Program-made: the position numbers and the translations under genes
Notes under the pieces: model-generated
Told to the model about the DNA's origin: nothing
Database searches by the model: none
The model's input: the letters and a program-made list of their open reading frames with translations, nothing else
Part shown: one piece after another, positions 59,610 to 64,000 of the stretch
Numbering within the stretch: the stretch's first letter is position 1
Layout of the letters: every line of letters begins with the position of its first letter
Assembly: GCA_020350725.1 (NCBI GenBank)
Contig: CP070719.1
Location: 1,515,404 to 1,579,403 of the forward strand
DNA: 64,000 nucleotides
Direction: 5' to 3'
DNA from: a bacterium
Lineage (GTDB): Bacteria > BMS3Abin14

Positions 59610-61772
59610 ATGATCAGACTGTCCGACATATTGGAGCGGGTCAAGAGCTACAACCCGAAAGCAGACCTGGAACTGATCAATCGGGCCTACGTCTACTCGG
59701 GTAAGGCTCACGCCGGACACGTGCGCATGTCCGGAGAACCCTATCTCATCCATCCCCTGGAGGTGGCGGGGATCCTCAGCGAAATGAAGATGGATGTCAC
59801 CACTATCGTGGTCGGACTTCTCCACGACACCATCGAGGATACGGATATTACACACGAAGAGATACTGGGCCATTTCGGTGACGAGGTGGCTTTTCTCGTC
59901 GATGGCCTGACGAAGATCAGCCGGCTGGAATTCGAGACGACAAGACACGCTCAGGCAGAGAACCTGCGCCGGATGATCATCTCCATGGCTCAGGACATTC
60001 GGGTCATCATGATCAAATTGGCCGATCGGCTGCACAATATGAGGACCCTCGAACATCTCAAACCGGAAAAGCGTATCAAGGTCGCCCGTGAGACCATGGA
60101 CATCTATGCTCCCCTGGCCAACAGGCTGGGAATCTCGTGGATCCAGAGCGAACTCGAGGATCTGGCCTTCCGTTATATTCACCCTGAGGCTTTTCATTCC
60201 CTTCAGGAGAAGGTCAGCGCCAAACGCAGCGAGTACGATGCCTATATCGGTGAGGTCCTGAAGGTCCTGGACAAGGCCCTGGCTGACAACGGCCTGAAAG
60301 GAGAGGTCACGGGACGGGTCAAACATCTTTACAGCATATACAACAAGATGAAGATCCAGGACCTGCCCTTCGAGCAGATCTACGATCTCATCGCCTTCAG
60401 GATCATCGTCGATTCCGTGCGGGACTGCTACGGCGTTCTCGGGATCATCCACTCCCTCTTCAGGCCTGTCCCGGGGAGGTTCAAGGACTACATCGGAGTC
60501 CCTAAATCGAACAGATACCAGTCCCTTCACACCACGGTCATCGGTCCCTTCAGGGAGCGCATGGAGGTTCAGATCAGGACACGGGAGATGCATCTGACGG
60601 CCGAGGACGGTATCGCGGCCCACTGGCGTTACAAGGAGGGCTCCAAGACCCTTCCGGAAGAGGATATCAAACGCTTCAGCTGGTTCAAGCAGATCCTGGA
60701 CGAGCTCAAGGAGGTGGAAGATCCGCGGGAGCTCATGGAGACGGTCCGGACCGACCTTTTCCCCAACGACGTCTATGTGTTCACCCCCAAGGGTGAGGTG
60801 AGGGAGTTCCCCAAGGGGGCTACCCCCATCGATTTTGCATACAGTATCCACACCGATGTCGGACATCACTGCGTAGGGGCCAAGGTGAACGGCCGAATGG
60901 TCCCCCTGAGATACAGGCTTAAGAACGGCGACATGGTGGAGATCATTACCTCGAAAGGACACAGGCCAAGCAAGGATTGGCTGAAGATCGCTTTTACGAA
61001 CAGTGCCAAATCGAAGATCCGCAGCTTTATCAAGAGGGAGGAACGGGAACGCAGCATGAAGATCGGGGAGGAACTCCTCGACAAGGAACTCAGAAAGATG
61101 GGGACCAGCCTCAAGAAGACGATAAAGACCGAGGGTTTCCAGAAGGCGGCGACCACCTTCGGTTTCCACAGGGTCGAGGACCTTATCGCTACAGTCGGGT
61201 TCGGCAAATACTCCCCCAGACAGGTACTGAGTCGGCTCTTTCCGGCCGAGGATGTGGACACCAAGCTCGGTTACAGGGGGGAGGCTAGGGAGGCTGTCCG
61301 AAAAGCCAGATCCAAGGCAAAGAAAGACGGGATCCTCGTCGACGGGGTGGATGACCTCATGGTCCGCTTTGCCCATTGCTGTAACCCCCTGCCTGGAGAC
61401 GATGTGGTGGGGATCATCACCAGGGGTAGAGGCATCTCCGTCCACACGGTGGACTGTCCCAACGTCGAGGCCGAACGCTATGACCCGGACAGGTTGGTGG
61501 ATATCAACTGGGACAGCAAAGTCAAGGTGCCCCGGACGGTGCGCATTAAAGTATCCTCAGAGGACAAGAAGGGGATCCTTGCCGAGATGACCGCTGTGAT
61601 CTCGGCAAGGAACATTAATATATCCCATGCGGACATCACCACAACCAGCGACAACAGGGCAGTCAACTTCTTCGAGGTGGACGTTGAGGACCTCGAACAG
61701 CTCCAGGACCTGATCAAGGCTCTGTCAGGGGTGCAGGGGGTGATCTCCGTCGAGCGCCTGAAAACGCAGTAA
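59610..61772 (+). CDS. spoT: Bifunctional (p)ppGpp synthetase/hydrolase (RelA/SpoT, Rel)
   Basis: HD motif LLHDTIED, KLADRLHNMRT, YQSLHT, TGS domain, CCNP, ACT domain. Confidence 0.96.
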   Translation: MIRLSDILERVKSYNPKADLELINRAYVYSGKAHAGHVRMSGEPYLIHPLEVAGILSEMKMDVTTIVVGLLHDTIEDTDITHEEILGHFGDEVAFLVDGLTKISRLEFETTRHAQAENLRRMIISMAQDIRVIMIKLADRLHNMRTLEHLKPEKRIKVARETMDIYAPLANRLGISWIQSELEDLAFRYIHPEAFHSLQEKVSAKRSEYDAYIGEVLKVLDKALADNGLKGEVTGRVKHLYSIYNKMKIQDLPFEQIYDLIAFRIIVDSVRDCYGVLGIIHSLFRPVPGRFKDYIGVPKSNRYQSLHTTVIGPFRERMEVQIRTREMHLTAEDGIAAHWRYKEGSKTLPEEDIKRFSWFKQILDELKEVEDPRELMETVRTDLFPNDVYVFTPKGEVREFPKGATPIDFAYSIHTDVGHHCVGAKVNGRMVPLRYRLKNGDMVEIITSKGHRPSKDWLKIAFTNSAKSKIRSFIKREERERSMKIGEELLDKELRKMGTSLKKTIKTEGFQKAATTFGFHRVEDLIATVGFGKYSPRQVLSRLFPAEDVDTKLGYRGEAREAVRKARSKAKKDGILVDGVDDLMVRFAHCCNPLPGDDVVGIITRGRGISVHTVDCPNVEAERYDPDRLVDINWDSKVKVPRTVRIKVSSEDKKGILAEMTAVISARNINISHADITTTSDNRAVNFFEVDVEDLEQLQDLIKALSGVQGVISVERLKTQ

Positions 61773-62139
61773 AGAGTTCTCAGTTTTCCGTTCCCCGCCC
61801 CCGCGCTTTCCCCGACGATCGCTCACATGGAAGCTGGAGCGGAGACTGAAGTTATAGCGAAGGCGGGCCCCGCGTCGCTATAGCGTTCCTTCGCCCTCCG
61901 ATCCTCTCCTGCTCATATGATCCGATGCTCTAACCCACCTCCCAAAAAATGACAAAATCGTTAATTTCTGGAAAATTTTGTTCCCCAATCTATTACATTT
62001 TTGCAATCATTCGGGATGTGTCAGTTTGTATTCCTATAAAATACAACACCTTACAGGGGCGGAGAAACGGACCGGATCTTGCATCCCCACGGGCAAACGG
62101 ATTCATATTGACGTTTCCCCGTGTAAGGAGGTAATCGCG

Positions 62140-62733
62140 ATGAACAGGAAAGGATGCGGCCTGGGCCTTGTCGTAATTCTGGTGATTGCAGGAATAGCCG
62201 CCGTTCCGGGCAGCGCCACGGCGCAGGTCTGGAAGACGCATGAGGTTTACGCCAAGGGCGGTGAGACTAAATTCAAGGACTTCAGCGTCAACGATACGTC
62301 CGACTCCTATCCGATCATGGTGGTCAATGGGGACCCTGAGGGAAAGAGGCGTATCGCCAGTGCCAAGGTCATCATAGAGAACAGTTCCGGTAGCCACATC
62401 GTCTACGACCAGAGCGACTTTAACCACAAGGGCCTGAAGAGTTCCAAATCGGCGTCTTACCGTACCTATTCGACGGCTATGGGGGACGGTGTCATCGTCA
62501 AGGGAAGCAACAGGCTGATCGTGCAGGCCAACGGGAACGCAGACGCCCACATCACGGTGTCGATCAGTGTGCCTGGCGGCATCTCGAATAATTCATATGG
62601 CTTTGGTGATTGCGACGGCGATGGGGCCAATTCATATTACCAGTATCCGAGGGGGCCGGACAGCCCGAATATGTATTATGGATCCTTCAGGAACAGCCCG
62701 TGGCAAAGCTGTGAATTCATTGTAATCAGATAA
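62140..62733 (+). CDS. Hypothetical secreted protein
   Basis: AAGGAGGT RBS, Sec signal (…GSATA), S/G/N-rich beta-type mature region, DCDGDG motif. Confidence 0.7.
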   Translation: MNRKGCGLGLVVILVIAGIAAVPGSATAQVWKTHEVYAKGGETKFKDFSVNDTSDSYPIMVVNGDPEGKRRIASAKVIIENSSGSHIVYDQSDFNHKGLKSSKSASYRTYSTAMGDGVIVKGSNRLIVQANGNADAHITVSISVPGGISNNSYGFGDCDGDGANSYYQYPRGPDSPNMYYGSFRNSPWQSCEFIVIR

Positions 62734-62772
62734 GATTAAATACCTTTGACAAAGGCCAAGTTTCATCACAGA

Positions 62773-62802
62773 ATGGGCGTCCCATCAGGGGCGCCTGTTT
62801 TT
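62773..62802 (+). terminator. Rho-independent terminator
   Basis: GGGCGTCCC-atca-GGGGCGCCT followed by GTTTTT. Confidence 0.7.
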
Positions 62803-62852
62803 CTCTTTTGAAGGGGATATTTGTCGGTTTACCCAAAGGGACGGAGTGCTTT

Positions 62853-63233
62853 ATGAAGAAGGAGGTTATCTTCACGGAAAGAGCCCCGGAGGCCATCGGA
62901 CCCTACAGTCAGGGTATCGCGATGGGTGATCTCATCTTCACGGCGGGCCAGATTCCCCTGGACCCTGAAACCGGCTGGCTTGTCGAGGGGGACATCATCG
63001 TTCAGGCCAAGAGGGTCTTAAGCAACGTGGCGTCCGTTCTGGAGGAGGCGGGCAGCGGCCTCGAACGAATCCTGAGGCTGGATGTCTATATGACCGATCT
63101 GGGACAGTTCAAGGCCGTCAACGAATATCTGTCCGGAGTGTTCACTGATGATCCGCCCGCAAGGGTGACGGTGGAGGTGGCCGGACTGCCCATGGGAGCG
63201 GAGATCGAGATAGCTGCTATAGCCTCAAGATAG
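62853..63233 (+). CDS. ridA: RidA/YjgF enamine deaminase
   Basis: APEAIGPYSQ, GQIPLDP, PARVTV, LP….EI. Confidence 0.92.
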   Translation: MKKEVIFTERAPEAIGPYSQGIAMGDLIFTAGQIPLDPETGWLVEGDIIVQAKRVLSNVASVLEEAGSGLERILRLDVYMTDLGQFKAVNEYLSGVFTDDPPARVTVEVAGLPMGAEIEIAAIASR

Positions 63234-63284
63234 AGACAGCTCCCGCGACTCAATGCCCACCTCCCGAGAAAATACCCCCCTGAT

Positions 63285-63307
63285 AAAAAAGACCTCGTAA
63301 TGAGGTC
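63285..63307 (-). terminator. Putative minus-strand terminator downstream of rpmB
   Basis: GACCTC-gtaat-GAGGTC preceded by A6. Confidence 0.5.
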
Positions 63308-63410
63308 CTTGGATTTCAACTTGAAATTTTCCCCCTGTGACCGGGGTGTTCTTAAGGTGAGGACGAGGGGAGGTACCCGGGATCTAGACCCTGGACACTT
63401 GACACGGTCC

Positions 63411-63605
63411 TCATACCGCCTTCTCAAAGTTGGCGGTGCGGATGCACCTGGTGCACACGGTGGCCCTGCGGACGGTCCCGTTCTCTTCCCGGATCCTGAC
63501 TTTCTGAAGGTTCGGCAGGAATCTTCTCTTCGTTTTGTTGTTGGCGTGGCTGATGTTATATCCCACCATGGGTTTCTTTCCACATATTTCACATGTCCGG
63601 GACAT
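63411..63605 (-). CDS. rpmB: 50S ribosomal protein L28 (Cys-containing form)
   Basis: [10 protein letters not shown]…[16 protein letters not shown]…CTRC. Confidence 0.96.
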   Translation of the reverse strand: MSRTCEICGKKPMVGYNISHANNKTKRRFLPNLQKVRIREENGTVRRATVCTRCIRTANFEKAV

Positions 63606-63743
63606 GATCGCCTCCTCGTAAAAACACCTTTATAATTCTTGCGGTCAAAGACTTGGATTGCTAACATAATCCCAGGGAAATTGCAAGGCCCTCGGGGCCA
63701 TGGTGGGTCGATGGCCCCCATGAAATGAAGGAGAGTGGTTGAC

Positions 63744-63953
63744 ATGGCCAAGATAACGAAAGATATGACGTTCAACGAGGTCCTCCGGGCATACCCCGAT
63801 ACCATAAAAGTCCTGAGGAAACTCAATATGCAGTGTTTCGGTTGTCTGGGAGCGGAAGCCGAATCCATCGAGTACGGCGCTATCGCACATGGCGTTGATC
63901 TCGAATCACTCCTGCAGCAACTCAACGAAGCTGTCGGTCAGGACGAAGGCTAG
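63744..63953 (+). CDS. DUF1858 domain protein
   Basis: ITKDMT, CFGC…ESIE.GA.AHG.D…L…LN. Confidence 0.85.
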   Translation: MAKITKDMTFNEVLRAYPDTIKVLRKLNMQCFGCLGAEAESIEYGAIAHGVDLESLLQQLNEAVGQDEG

Positions 63954-64000
63954 GATATATCAACCGGAGGTGATGGACCACACCCCCTCGGCGACTCCTC

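Noticed and set aside
62087-62125. Possible c-di-GMP-I riboswitch (GGGCAAAC…GACG)
   Set aside because: It lacks the GNRA-capped P2 stem, the GCAAAG junction and the P3 stem; it is just a simple hairpin.
63970-64000. Start of a further ORF after GGAGG (MDHTPSATP…)
   Set aside because: Only about 9 codons are visible at the window edge, so it cannot be assigned.

Overview
About 60% GC bacterial chromosome segment, probably from a deltaproteobacteria-like (Desulfobacterota/Myxococcota-related) organism; this placement is inferred from gene order and protein style. Most of it is housekeeping: guaBA, dnaE, accA, the pheA-hisC-aroF-tyrA-aroA-cmk-ispH-rpsA-sppA-ihfB supraoperon, yebC-ruvCAB, der, rplM-rpsI, argC, yicC-gmk-rpoZ-relA/spoT, ridA and rpmB. 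It also has an initiator tRNA-Met, glcD/glcF, a branched-chain amino acid ABC transporter and a polar amino acid ABC transporter. I saw no CRISPR array, prophage, integrase or transposase. The most interesting items are: (1) a kinase-less cluster (52.0-56.9 kb) with a membrane-anchored double-receiver coiled-coil protein carrying a FrzS-like H-x9-Y signature twice, next to a TPR-receiver protein, which may be a Myxococcus-like polarity module; (2) a tRNA-adjacent lipid operon with a dead metallophosphoesterase fused across the membrane to a GT4 glycosyltransferase; (3) an apparent tandem double malic enzyme; (4) two small ORFs below the ORF-track cutoff; (5) a candidate 6S-like RNA; (6) many intergenic heptamer arrays and a nested MITE/REP element. 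All family assignments come from motif recognition by eye, not from database searches.
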